The notes under the pieces are model-generated. The model was not told the DNA's origin. It searched no databases and worked only from the letters and a program-made list of their open reading frames with translations. From positions 58,008 through 122,007 of the forward strand of contig LCPQ01000001.1 of assembly GCA_001003705.1 (NCBI GenBank): DNA of 64,000 nucleotides, in the 5' to 3' direction. A program made the translations under genes and the position numbers. The stretch is from Parcubacteria group bacterium GW2011_GWA2_48_9. Its GTDB lineage: Bacteria; Patescibacteriota; Patescibacteriia; UBA10025. Below, in pieces: positions 29,950 through 39,276 of this stretch; the first letter of the stretch is position 1; each line of letters starts with the position of its first letter.

Positions 29950-31332
29950 ATGAAGGCTTTTATTAAAAATATTATAGCTTGCTCCTTAGCTCTCGTACTT
30001 CTGGCACCGTCTGCTTCAGAAGCAATTTTTAATCCAAACTTTATACTAGGAGACCGTGATCTCGTTGATAGTACTTCCATGTCTGTCGATCGTGTTCAAA
30101 GCTTCCTACAATCGCAAGGGAGCGGTCTTGCATCATACGTTACAGACGCACCAGGAGGATTGCGGAAAACAGCTGCTCAAGTGATCTATGAAGCTGGTCG
30201 TTATTGGGGCATCAACCAACGTTACTTGATGGTGCGAATGCAAGTCGAACAAAGTTTAGTGACCGATAGCACTCCGAGCGAGCGGCAGTTAAACTGGGCG
30301 ACAGGGTACGCTGTCTGTGATTCGTGTTCGACAAGCGACCCCGCAATACAGCAATACCGTGGATTTTTTAACCAAGTCAACTGGGCCGCGAGAAGAATTC
30401 GAGAAAGATACCTTCCTGACCTCGCACAAAACGGGGTCACTTTCACCGGCTGGGGTCCTGGCAAAACGAAAAAGACGGGCGACGGATACTTCGTTACCCC
30501 CGAAAATAATGCGACATCGGTTATGTATACGTACACTCCCTATGTGTATAATGCAAATTACAATGTATGGCGTTTTTGGAACACTTGGTTTATCCGCCAT
30601 TATCCGGACGGTTCACTTCTGCAAGATAGCGCTTCTGGAGGAATCTGGAAAATTGAAAATGGGAAGCGACGCCCATTCCAATCACGGTCCGCTTTCTTCT
30701 CACGATATGATGCAAACCAAGCTATACCTGTTTCAAAGACTGACTTAGAGGCTTATACTATTGGCGCCCCTATAAAATTTCCAAACTATGCACTCGTGCT
30801 TTCCTCGAACGGCAAAGTATATTTGCTTGACGGGGATTCTAAACGGTGGATAGTCTCGCCTGAAGTTTTTAGGGCTATAGGGTTTAATCCGGAAGAAATT
30901 ATTACTGTATCAGACAGCGACTTGGCAACATATACCAATGGCGAACCAGTTTCTTTACAGAGCGCATATCCTTCGGGGGTATTGTTTCAATCGTTGCAAA
31001 CCGGCGGAATTTCATTTATTAAAGATGGTGTACGACACTCCGTGTGGTCACGGGAAATCCTTAATTCGCAATTCAAAAACCGCTCTGTGGCAACCGTCAA
31101 CGATGAAGTCATACAGCGATTTGCAAAGGGCGACCCGATTCTTTTCCGTGACAGCGAACTGGTCACTTCACCAGGCAACCGAAGCGTATTCTTTATCTCA
31201 AACGGCATAAAACGACCTATCGCATCTAAGGAAGCGTTTGACGCATTGGGCTTTCGGTGGGAAAATATTATCAGGACGTCGGACAAAGCTTTAGAAATCC
31301 ACCCGACAGGTTCACAAATCAAGCTCGAATAA
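29950..31332 (+). CDS. Secreted protein with four tandem repeats of about 50 aa
   Basis: Signal peptide MKAFIKNIIACSLALVLLAPSASEA. The C-terminal half holds four repeats of the pattern KRxIxSxExFxxxGFxxxxIxxVSDxxLxxYxxGxPI. Confidence 0.5.
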   Translation: MKAFIKNIIACSLALVLLAPSASEAIFNPNFILGDRDLVDSTSMSVDRVQSFLQSQGSGLASYVTDAPGGLRKTAAQVIYEAGRYWGINQRYLMVRMQVEQSLVTDSTPSERQLNWATGYAVCDSCSTSDPAIQQYRGFFNQVNWAARRIRERYLPDLAQNGVTFTGWGPGKTKKTGDGYFVTPENNATSVMYTYTPYVYNANYNVWRFWNTWFIRHYPDGSLLQDSASGGIWKIENGKRRPFQSRSAFFSRYDANQAIPVSKTDLEAYTIGAPIKFPNYALVLSSNGKVYLLDGDSKRWIVSPEVFRAIGFNPEEIITVSDSDLATYTNGEPVSLQSAYPSGVLFQSLQTGGISFIKDGVRHSVWSREILNSQFKNRSVATVNDEVIQRFAKGDPILFRDSELVTSPGNRSVFFISNGIKRPIASKEAFDALGFRWENIIRTSDKALEIHPTGSQIKLE

Positions 31333-31337
31333 ACCCT

Positions 31338-32135
31338 ATGCTCGTATTCGCCGCAATTACTCCACATCCTCCAATAGTCATTCCAACGATTGGCAAGGAT
31401 AACATGAAGTTTGTAACAAAGACGGTAAATGCCTACCGAGAGCTTGGGGAAGATATGTACGCAGCCCGGCCTGACACGATTATCGTGATTTCACCCCATG
31501 GCCCAATGTTACAGAATGCCTTCGCAATAAACCTCATGCCGCGTTTCGGGGCAAACTTTGAGGAATTTGGCGATCTGGTCACCTGGTTTACTATCCCCGG
31601 AGATGTCGGCTTCACCCACCAATTGAAGGAACATATTGAGACCCGTTACCCCGTCGTTCTTATGTCACAGGAAAAACTCGACCACGGTGTCGGTGTTCCC
31701 CTTTACTTCCTGACACAGAACCTTAACCGCAACAATGTTAAACTTATTCCGATGTCCTTCTCGCTGCTCGATTATGAAAGCCACTTCGAATTCGGGCGTG
31801 CGCTCCAAGAAGAAATTATCAACGATAATCGTCGTATTGCAGTAGTGGCCTCCGGCGACCTTTCGCATAAATTAACTGAGCACTCACCCGCAGGATATAA
31901 CCCGAAGGCAAAGGAATTCGACGAACACCTTATCCAACTCATAAAAAAGAATGACGTAGCAGGAATCCTCCACCTGAACCGCGAACTCGTAGAGGAGGCC
32001 GCTGAATGCGGACTGAGATCAATTATTATCCTCCTGGGTATATTGAATAGCATGCGCGTGAAGCCGAATATTATGAGTTACGAAGCCCCGTTTGGTGTCG
32101 GCTATCTTACTGCGTCATTCACATTAGGAAATTAG
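31338..32135 (+). CDS. Class III extradiol dioxygenase / MEMO1-like (LigB superfamily) protein
   Basis: …AAITPHPPIVIP…, …ISPHGP…, …LDHGVGVPL… and …ASGDLSHKL… resemble LigB/MEMO1-family metal-binding motifs. The start was moved to the internal ATG at 31338. Confidence 0.6.
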   Translation: MLVFAAITPHPPIVIPTIGKDNMKFVTKTVNAYRELGEDMYAARPDTIIVISPHGPMLQNAFAINLMPRFGANFEEFGDLVTWFTIPGDVGFTHQLKEHIETRYPVVLMSQEKLDHGVGVPLYFLTQNLNRNNVKLIPMSFSLLDYESHFEFGRALQEEIINDNRRIAVVASGDLSHKLTEHSPAGYNPKAKEFDEHLIQLIKKNDVAGILHLNRELVEEAAECGLRSIIILLGILNSMRVKPNIMSYEAPFGVGYLTASFTLGN

Positions 32136-32146
32136 ACTTTTTTTCG

Positions 32147-32902
32147 ATGCGTGTTATACCGATCCGAACTCCCCTCATCAAGCCGGGTGAGGATGTGATT
32201 GACGTGCTTCTTGTACATTTAAAGCACATGCGCGTACATAATGGCGATGTGGTAAGCATATCTTCAAAAGTCGCAGGCCTCGCGGAAGGAAGGATTGTAA
32301 AGCTTCATTCGATACTTCCACGTAGTCACGCCCGTTTAATGGCACGTACATACCACCTACTCCCCTCATTTGCACAAGTGGTTATCGACCATGCCGACAG
32401 GGTTATTGGCGGAGTGCCTGGAACGCTTATTACTCTAAAAAATGGCATTATTGTACCAAATGCCGGTGCAGATCAGTCAAACGCTCCACCGGGGTTTGCG
32501 ATTTTGTGGCCGAAATCGCCAGAAGTACTTGCTGAAAAGATACGAAAAGCCATAAGAAAAGAACTTCACAGAAATATCGGCGTGATAATCACCGACTCTG
32601 GATTCATTCCTGGGAGGCGAGGCACTGTCGGTATCGCCATTTCAGTGGCGGGCTTCGATCCTGTTCGTGATGAACGTGGAAAACCGGACCTCTTCAGACG
32701 GAAAATGCGATTGACAAGGGTTAATGTGGCTGATAGTCTGGCAACAGCCGCTCAAGTAGTGAGCGGTGAACGAAATGAATGTATCCCGTTCGTACTTATA
32801 AAAGAAAGTTACGTTCCTCTCACGTCAATACCGGCAAAAAAACTTACCCGCCGCTTGATAATGAGAAGATCGCAGGACCTTTTTAAGCACCATCTGACAT
32901 AA
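32147..32902 (+). CDS. CofE-like protein (F420-0:gamma-glutamyl ligase family fold)
   Basis: …IPIRTPLIKPGEDVIDVL… and …ITDSGFIPGRRGTVGIAISVAGF… are typical of CofE/FbiB-N family proteins. Confidence 0.7.
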   Translation: MRVIPIRTPLIKPGEDVIDVLLVHLKHMRVHNGDVVSISSKVAGLAEGRIVKLHSILPRSHARLMARTYHLLPSFAQVVIDHADRVIGGVPGTLITLKNGIIVPNAGADQSNAPPGFAILWPKSPEVLAEKIRKAIRKELHRNIGVIITDSGFIPGRRGTVGIAISVAGFDPVRDERGKPDLFRRKMRLTRVNVADSLATAAQVVSGERNECIPFVLIKESYVPLTSIPAKKLTRRLIMRRSQDLFKHHLT

Positions 32903-32910
32903 TTCATAAT

Positions 32911-33597
32911 ATGAAAAAAACGCTTGTCATTGTCCTCGGCCTCACTATCTCATTATTCGCACTTCAAATCCCGTTTTCGGTGCTTATTGGAGGTTCAAAT
33001 CAGCAATTTTCAATGTTCGATTTTATTGCCCCGTCTCTAGGCGGATTTTTTGGTTCAATCATAGGTGCAATAACCATCGTGGCGGCAAAAGCATTCAATA
33101 CGTTCGCGCATGAAGAACCATTTAACATGATCAATGTTATACGACTATTTCCACTTGCATTTGGCGCATTGTACTTTGGGTTACGAAAATTCCCTTTTGT
33201 AAAGGCATTTATTCCACTACTTTGTATGGTGCTTTTTAACCTGCATCCAGAGGGTCGCGGTGCATGGTATTACTCTCTCTACTGGCTAATTCCAGTTGTG
33301 GCACTTCTCACACCACACAGCCTCATCTTCAAGAGCCTTGGTGCAACGTTTACAGCCCACGCAGTCGGTGGCGTTGCTTTCTTGTATGCATTTAACCTGC
33401 CCGCAGAGGTCTGGATTGCGCTCATACCAATCGTGTTTATCGAACGCATGCTCTTTACCGCAGGGATCGCCGCATCTTATCTCGCCACGAACTCAGTTCT
33501 CGCATTTATAAGCTCGCATCCTAAATTTGCATTTATGGCTCGACTAGTCGATGTCCAGTATGTGTTCTCCAGGTCATTTCTGAAGAAATTCGTCTGA
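32911..33597 (+). CDS. Polytopic membrane protein (hypothetical; ECF S-component-like size and topology)
   Basis: 228 aa with about 6 TM segments. It lies immediately downstream of the CofE-like gene. Confidence 0.4.
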   Translation: MKKTLVIVLGLTISLFALQIPFSVLIGGSNQQFSMFDFIAPSLGGFFGSIIGAITIVAAKAFNTFAHEEPFNMINVIRLFPLAFGALYFGLRKFPFVKAFIPLLCMVLFNLHPEGRGAWYYSLYWLIPVVALLTPHSLIFKSLGATFTAHAVGGVAFLYAFNLPAEVWIALIPIVFIERMLFTAGIAASYLATNSVLAFISSHPKFAFMARLVDVQYVFSRSFLKKFV

Positions 33598-33729
33598 ATT
33601 TCTTCATCGAATTGCATCCTAGATCAGCGAACCATATATAGTTACTCTGATATCTCGCCCAATTGACACTCTCATTCATGAATGTGGCGGCTTTTTCTAG
33701 CTACAAATACTTGATACAATGAATGAGCT

Positions 33730-35565
33730 ATGTACGCAGAAGTAATACTTTCTCGACGTTTTCCGAAATCAATGGGGGTTTTTGACTACAAAGTTCCTGA
33801 GTCGCTTTTGGGTCGTATCAGAGTGGGACACCTTGTATCAATCCCTTTCAGAAAAAGTGTGGCCGAAGGGGTTGTTGTCCGTCTGAAAGAAAACCCCTTT
33901 CCCGGAGTTTCAATAAAGACACTGACAGGGATCACTGATGATCCTCCACTGTTAACTGACCAGCAACTCCAGTTCGCTCAGTGGATGTCCGACTACTATG
34001 CCGTATCAATCGGCACGGTCATTAAATCAATGATTCCCGGCATCCCGAAGCGTACCCGCGTTCGAGCAATTATGGAATGGCCAAAAATAACGCCAACGAC
34101 ACCAACAAACATTACGCGCAGCGAACAGCCGGTTTTGGTGTGGATCGAAAGCGTAGGGTTGCGACAAGACTGGTATGCGACTTTTTTTAGTACGTTAAAA
34201 AAACAAACATTGGTTGTCCTCCCTGAGGTTGCAAAAGTCCATTTTTTCCTAGCTCTCGTACCCCCAGATCTTAGGAAACATACCGTGGTAGTTCATAGCA
34301 AACTCGGAATAGCAGAATTCTACGATGCGTGGAAAAAAATACGAAACGGGTCAGCGCGGCTCATCGTTGGAACTAAAATGTCGGTGTTCTTGCCATTTTC
34401 TTCGCTTGATAGCATCCTCGTTGATGATGAGCACGACGAAGACCATAAGCAATATGATCAAAATCCACGTTTTGACGTGCGAACGTCGGTTCTAACGCTT
34501 AAAAAACTTTTTTCGTGTGGACTATGGTTTGTTTCGCCAGCTCCGACAGTCGAGCGATACTTTCAGGCCGCTGCGGGACATATGACACTTCAAAAAGAGA
34601 CAAGCAAAGTACGTCCAGCTATCTCAATAGTTGACATGAAGGAGGAGCGGGTAAAAAAGAATTTTTCACTTATATCTGACGCGCTTCATGACACATTGCA
34701 AGCTTCCTTAAGCAAAAAAAGCAGGGTTTTTCTTTTTCTTAATAGACGCGGTGAAGCTTCAACCGTCGTATGTAAAGAATGCGGTCATACGGTCTTTTGT
34801 CCGGATTGTAAGCGCCCTCTCGCCATACATACTCAAAAGCGGCAAACGGAGCTAGTATGCCATGCGTGCAACGCGCGCCATGAACTCATACGATGCGGAC
34901 ACTGCTCGTCAGTATCCTTCAAATACATCGGCGGAGGTACACAGCGCCTAGAAAGAGAGGTTATAAATGCTTTTCCGGGCACAGCGGTATCACGTCTAGA
35001 TGCGGATACTACGCTATATAACGCTACGGCAGAGATTGTCATCGGTACCGAACTCGCGAGAAAAAGGATTGTGCTCACAGAATTCCTGTGTATCGGCGTT
35101 ATTGCGGCGGATATCATGTTTCAAAGACCCGATTTTCGCTCCTCGGAGAAAGCGTTTCAATCGCTTACTGAACTTCTCACAGAATCGTCTCATAGCGCAT
35201 CAATTATCATCCAAAGCTACTCTCCACATCATCCGGCCATCACCCATCTACTATCAAACGACCTGGAAGCTTTTTACAGAAATGAACTTACTGAAAGAAA
35301 GGAACACTTATACCCCCCGTATTCGCAAATTGTAAAACTCATGAATACACATTACAACGACCCCGAAGCATCAATACGACTTATTCAAAAGTTTAAGGCA
35401 GATAAGCTCTCCGCCTATGAACTCCCCCACCAGGGAGGTCAACATAACAGACCTACTGTCATTCTCAAGCTTCCGCTTGAAACCACCATGCGACAATGGA
35501 AGGTCATTGTGAGCCGCATACCTGACACCTGGCTGATAGACCGTGACCCCGTCTCATTGTCGTAG
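33730..35565 (+). CDS. priA: Primosomal protein N' (PriA)-like protein with a degenerate Walker A motif
   Basis: It has a 3'-DNA-binding N-terminal domain, a DExH box (…VDDEHDEDHKQ…) and a Cys4-type zinc ribbon (CKECGHTVFCPDCK…CHACN…CGHC). Where GxTGSGKT(E) is expected the sequence reads …WIESVGLRQDWYAT…. Confidence 0.8.
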   Translation: MYAEVILSRRFPKSMGVFDYKVPESLLGRIRVGHLVSIPFRKSVAEGVVVRLKENPFPGVSIKTLTGITDDPPLLTDQQLQFAQWMSDYYAVSIGTVIKSMIPGIPKRTRVRAIMEWPKITPTTPTNITRSEQPVLVWIESVGLRQDWYATFFSTLKKQTLVVLPEVAKVHFFLALVPPDLRKHTVVVHSKLGIAEFYDAWKKIRNGSARLIVGTKMSVFLPFSSLDSILVDDEHDEDHKQYDQNPRFDVRTSVLTLKKLFSCGLWFVSPAPTVERYFQAAAGHMTLQKETSKVRPAISIVDMKEERVKKNFSLISDALHDTLQASLSKKSRVFLFLNRRGEASTVVCKECGHTVFCPDCKRPLAIHTQKRQTELVCHACNARHELIRCGHCSSVSFKYIGGGTQRLEREVINAFPGTAVSRLDADTTLYNATAEIVIGTELARKRIVLTEFLCIGVIAADIMFQRPDFRSSEKAFQSLTELLTESSHSASIIIQSYSPHHPAITHLLSNDLEAFYRNELTERKEHLYPPYSQIVKLMNTHYNDPEASIRLIQKFKADKLSAYELPHQGGQHNRPTVILKLPLETTMRQWKVIVSRIPDTWLIDRDPVSLS

Positions 35566-35607
35566 CTACCGCTAGACGAAAGAATATCCTCACGGTACTA
35601 TGCGCCT

Positions 35608-36903
35608 ATGAGTGTACTCACAGTAACTTACCACCCGAACAGCCTCCTCCGAGCAACATTACTACCCGTGGAACTCGGCGCGCTTCAATCACCAGGAATA
35701 CAAAAAATGATCGATACAATGGTTGAGACGATGTTCGCCAAGAACGGTATTGGTATTGCAGCAAACCAAGTTGGTAAGAATCACCAGATTGCTATCCTTA
35801 ATACGGCGGAAGGTCCGGTGATAATTATTAATCCTCGGATTACGAAACTATCAATCCTGAAGGAGAACGGCGAAGAAGGCTGTCTCTCTGTTCCTGGCCT
35901 TTTCGGCATGGTAAGAAGACACCGGTCACTTACGTTGAGTGCATATGACCGCCACGGAAAATCATTTACCATGAAGGCGCGGGGCCTACTGGCTAGAGTC
36001 ATACAGCATGAAGTTGACCATCTCAATGGTATTCTCTTTCAATCAATTGACGTGGTCGGCGTTTTGACGCAACCAGACAAACCAGCCGGCAGGGGGTACC
36101 ATCTAATTGAGTCCCCTATTAAGAGACTTGCGCGGCGATATAAACTTCCTATCTACCAGCCCTTAACAGTGACCGATCCGTCTAGTATCGAGTTACTATC
36201 GGGACTCTCTCTCGACGTTGTCGTACTCGCTGCGTATGGTGAGTTGATCCCTAAAAAACTCTTGTCATTGCCTCGATGTGGCTGGTTGAACGTGCATGCA
36301 TCACTTTTGCCGAGACTGCGTGGCGCATCCCCCATCCAGCACGCACTTTTGGAGGGATACACAGAAACCGGCATTACCCTGATGAAAATGGTGGAAAAAC
36401 TTGACGCGGGCCCGGTGATCGCCAAATCTGTAATACTAGTTGATAAAGATGATACAGCCGGCTCACTCCATGACAAACTCGCCTTGCTAGGCGCGAAGTG
36501 CATTGAGGAGTATCTCATTGCTTACCTTACTGATCGGCGGCCAATAACCGAACAAGACCATGAGCAAGCGACATATTGCAAAAAAATTCGCAGTAGTGAC
36601 GCCCGTATCGATTGGCACGCATCTGCCGATGAGATTAATAGGCTTGTTCGCGCAATGAATCCAGCGCCTGGCGCCTTTACCCAATTTAATGGTAATCAAG
36701 TTAAGATTTTTGCCATTGAAACTTTTCAACATGAAGTTATTGGGCCTCCAGGAACTGTGGGAGGTGTTGGCGCGCATTTAGTGGTGTCGTCAGGTACTAG
36801 ACCATTACATATTCTTTCGCTTCAACTTCCAGGCAAGAAAAAAGTGACCGGTGCGGAATTCATCAACGGCCATAGGAATATACTCCCTTTTTCATTCGTA
36901 TAG
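35608..36903 (+). CDS. Peptide deformylase – methionyl-tRNA formyltransferase fusion protein
   Basis: The N-terminal about 150 aa carry all three Def motifs (GIGIAANQ, EEGCLSVPG, QHEVDHLNG). The Fmt core follows directly, starting at …DVVGVLTQPDKPAGRG… with …NVHASLLPRLRGASPIQ…. The Def C-terminal helix and the first roughly 27 Fmt residues are missing. Confidence 0.85.
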   Translation: MSVLTVTYHPNSLLRATLLPVELGALQSPGIQKMIDTMVETMFAKNGIGIAANQVGKNHQIAILNTAEGPVIIINPRITKLSILKENGEEGCLSVPGLFGMVRRHRSLTLSAYDRHGKSFTMKARGLLARVIQHEVDHLNGILFQSIDVVGVLTQPDKPAGRGYHLIESPIKRLARRYKLPIYQPLTVTDPSSIELLSGLSLDVVVLAAYGELIPKKLLSLPRCGWLNVHASLLPRLRGASPIQHALLEGYTETGITLMKMVEKLDAGPVIAKSVILVDKDDTAGSLHDKLALLGAKCIEEYLIAYLTDRRPITEQDHEQATYCKKIRSSDARIDWHASADEINRLVRAMNPAPGAFTQFNGNQVKIFAIETFQHEVIGPPGTVGGVGAHLVVSSGTRPLHILSLQLPGKKKVTGAEFINGHRNILPFSFV

Positions 36904-37085
36904 TCATACCCTGCATCATACTGCGCAAAATGCTCATAACTGCGCGTGATGTTGTGTACGACATTGGGTGTATCGATGAACATAGGGCACCCGTACAGTA
37001 GGCTTCGAACTCTCACCGCTTGCCTATGGTAAAGCGCGATTAAATATATGGCAGTGAAATGCAAACATTCGCGTATTACATAAAG

Positions 37086-37132
37086 ACTTCAGAAAGGCAG
37101 ATCTCACTGAAGCTGCCGTGGTGTTTTTTTGT
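37086..37132 (+). terminator. Hairpin plus T-run (rho-independent terminator) about 190 nt downstream of def–fmt
   Basis: CTTCAG/GGCAG…CTGAAG/CTGCC stem followed by GTGGTGTTTTTTTG. Confidence 0.45.
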
Positions 37133-37284
37133 TACAGGCGTTATGAGTGACATTTGTCGTTTTCTCGCAAGCAGATGCCGCCCAAACACATTGGTCATTT
37201 CTTACGGCTTTACAATTCCAGGCTGGAAACCGCAAGAAATCATCCACACAAATCAAATGCGCAAATTCTTATACGTCTACCGAA

Positions 37285-38793
37285 CTATTCAACCGTAGTG
37301 GCGCTATGCTTTATGCGCTTTCGAAGCTTTCGGGTAACATCAAAACCAAGATACTTCCCTAGCATCAGACGTGTTACTGCATCAGTAGCAGGAATAGAGC
37401 CAAAAAATATCAACGTGACGGGCAAAAGTGCCCACTGAAATATCATGATAAGGTACCGCCACTTACTTGCTTGTGGCGGTTTTGGTGGTAAAAGTGTCGC
37501 ACCGAGAATTGCAGAAAGAAAAATTCCCAGCATTGCTGCGCTCATGAGCCAGGAGAGGATATTCGGCGCATTCTGAGCTATTGCATCAACAGTTTTTTGC
37601 TGTTGTGCGATCCAAAGCGGGAGCCGTCCTACAATAAAGATGACAATGGGTGCGGTAGCCCATGAGTACACTCCTTCGAGCTGGTTGAAAACGTAACGAA
37701 ACTTTACGACAAATGGCATACGTGCATTTATGCCAAAATTCCAAATCATCCATGGAAAGTTTTCGACACCATACGCCCATCTGCGCTGCTGTTTGTACTG
37801 GCTCTTTACGGTTTGCCAAAACGTTCTGCCACTCACGATATCCATTGAAAGAGGGATGTAGAGTGGCTCGATCCGATAATCGCCATCATAGTGCATCAGG
37901 CCCTGCAGCCCAATGCGTGAATCTTCTGTAACTATGTCTCGTTGCCAAAACCCGACATCAACCAGGGCCTGAAAGCTCATGCTATGTGATGAAAAGGTGT
38001 ACATCCTTTCAGGACGTAGCTGTTCTGACATGAGCCAAAACGTCGTACTGTATGAAACAACGCGACTGAACGCGTGCGTTTCCCACACGTTGTTGTTAAA
38101 AAGCGGCACAGGCTGAAAGCTAGCATGCGTCGGATTTGGATGAGTAAAATAACGGTACGTAAGATATGAAAAATACTGCGAGTGGACAACGGTGTCAGCA
38201 TCAAAAGATGAAACAATCACTTTATCGTAATGCACACCCAACGTGTCAATAAGCTTCTTCGCCTCATTGCCAGCCCATGCAATATTTGACCCCTTTCCCG
38301 GCAAGTCGCCAGGGGCGTTTTGCGGGTGCACAGTTATAAGAAAATCAAAAAAGACTTTTCCAAATTCTGACCGCAATGTGTTAGCAATACGGAGAAAATC
38401 ATTCGCATCTTTTTCTTCGCCAGCAAGGACCACGATAAACCGATCTAAAGGAAATGACGATCTTGTGAGCCCGTTAAAAGTGTCACGTAGCACTTCATAG
38501 GGTTCTTTATATGTCGGTATGAAGATTAAATGATATACCGTGCGCCAATCAGTCAATTGTTCACACTTCTCTAGCCAGTCAACAGACGATTCTTTCCTGA
38601 AACGGCTATACCCCAAATACACATACACCATCATGTAACTGATCCTCACGAGCCAGTATAGATCAAATACAATGATAAAATATATAGCCCAAATTGGGCG
38701 GAAGACAGACAGTCCGAGCGCAATCGCAAACGTAGCCCAAACCATGAGGCCGGGAACCATCTCAAGAAGACGATATTTTCGGTAATCAGTCAT
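37285..38793 (-). CDS. Processive family-2 glycosyltransferase (cellulose/hyaluronan-synthase-like membrane GT2)
   Basis: 502 aa with TM segments flanking a GT2 domain. It carries D, DxD-like (…SFDADTV…) and Q(Q)xRW (…QQRRWAYG…) motifs. Confidence 0.8.
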   Translation of the reverse strand: MTDYRKYRLLEMVPGLMVWATFAIALGLSVFRPIWAIYFIIVFDLYWLVRISYMMVYVYLGYSRFRKESSVDWLEKCEQLTDWRTVYHLIFIPTYKEPYEVLRDTFNGLTRSSFPLDRFIVVLAGEEKDANDFLRIANTLRSEFGKVFFDFLITVHPQNAPGDLPGKGSNIAWAGNEAKKLIDTLGVHYDKVIVSSFDADTVVHSQYFSYLTYRYFTHPNPTHASFQPVPLFNNNVWETHAFSRVVSYSTTFWLMSEQLRPERMYTFSSHSMSFQALVDVGFWQRDIVTEDSRIGLQGLMHYDGDYRIEPLYIPLSMDIVSGRTFWQTVKSQYKQQRRWAYGVENFPWMIWNFGINARMPFVVKFRYVFNQLEGVYSWATAPIVIFIVGRLPLWIAQQQKTVDAIAQNAPNILSWLMSAAMLGIFLSAILGATLLPPKPPQASKWRYLIMIFQWALLPVTLIFFGSIPATDAVTRLMLGKYLGFDVTRKLRKRIKHSATTVE

Positions 38794-38857
38794 GTGGCTG
38801 TTCTTTCTGAATAAAATTCATTATACTGCAAAGTGGTATTCCTGAAAACTGCCACTT

Positions 38858-39274
38858 ATGGAGCCAAAACTATTTGTCGCTACGAAAGCGTTTATTATCT
38901 ATCGGGAAAAGGTTCTTATTGTCCGAGAATCACACTCGTATGCTGATGGAACAAACGCAGGCAAGTTCGATGTCGTTGGCGGACGAATGCACCCAGGTAC
39001 ACGATTTGATGAAAATCTTAAACGTGAAGTTAAGGAGGAAACGGGGTTGGATATCGCTGTCGGTCTGCCGTTTTTTGTCAACGAATGGTATCCTAAGGTG
39101 AGAGGAGAGCAATGGCAAATAATTGGCATGTTCTTTTCATGTCGAGCTCAAGGGGCAAAGGTACTATTGAGTAGTGACCACGTTGATTACTTGTGGATTC
39201 AACCGACGGACTACGCCAAGTATCCACTTATAGAGAATCTTGTACCCGCCTTTAAAGCGTTTATCGAACTCTAG
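38858..39274 (+). CDS. Nudix hydrolase
   Basis: Nudix box GGRMHPGTRFDENLKREVKEETGL. Confidence 0.75.
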   Translation: MEPKLFVATKAFIIYREKVLIVRESHSYADGTNAGKFDVVGGRMHPGTRFDENLKREVKEETGLDIAVGLPFFVNEWYPKVRGEQWQIIGMFFSCRAQGAKVLLSSDHVDYLWIQPTDYAKYPLIENLVPAFKAFIEL

Positions 39275-39276
39275 AT

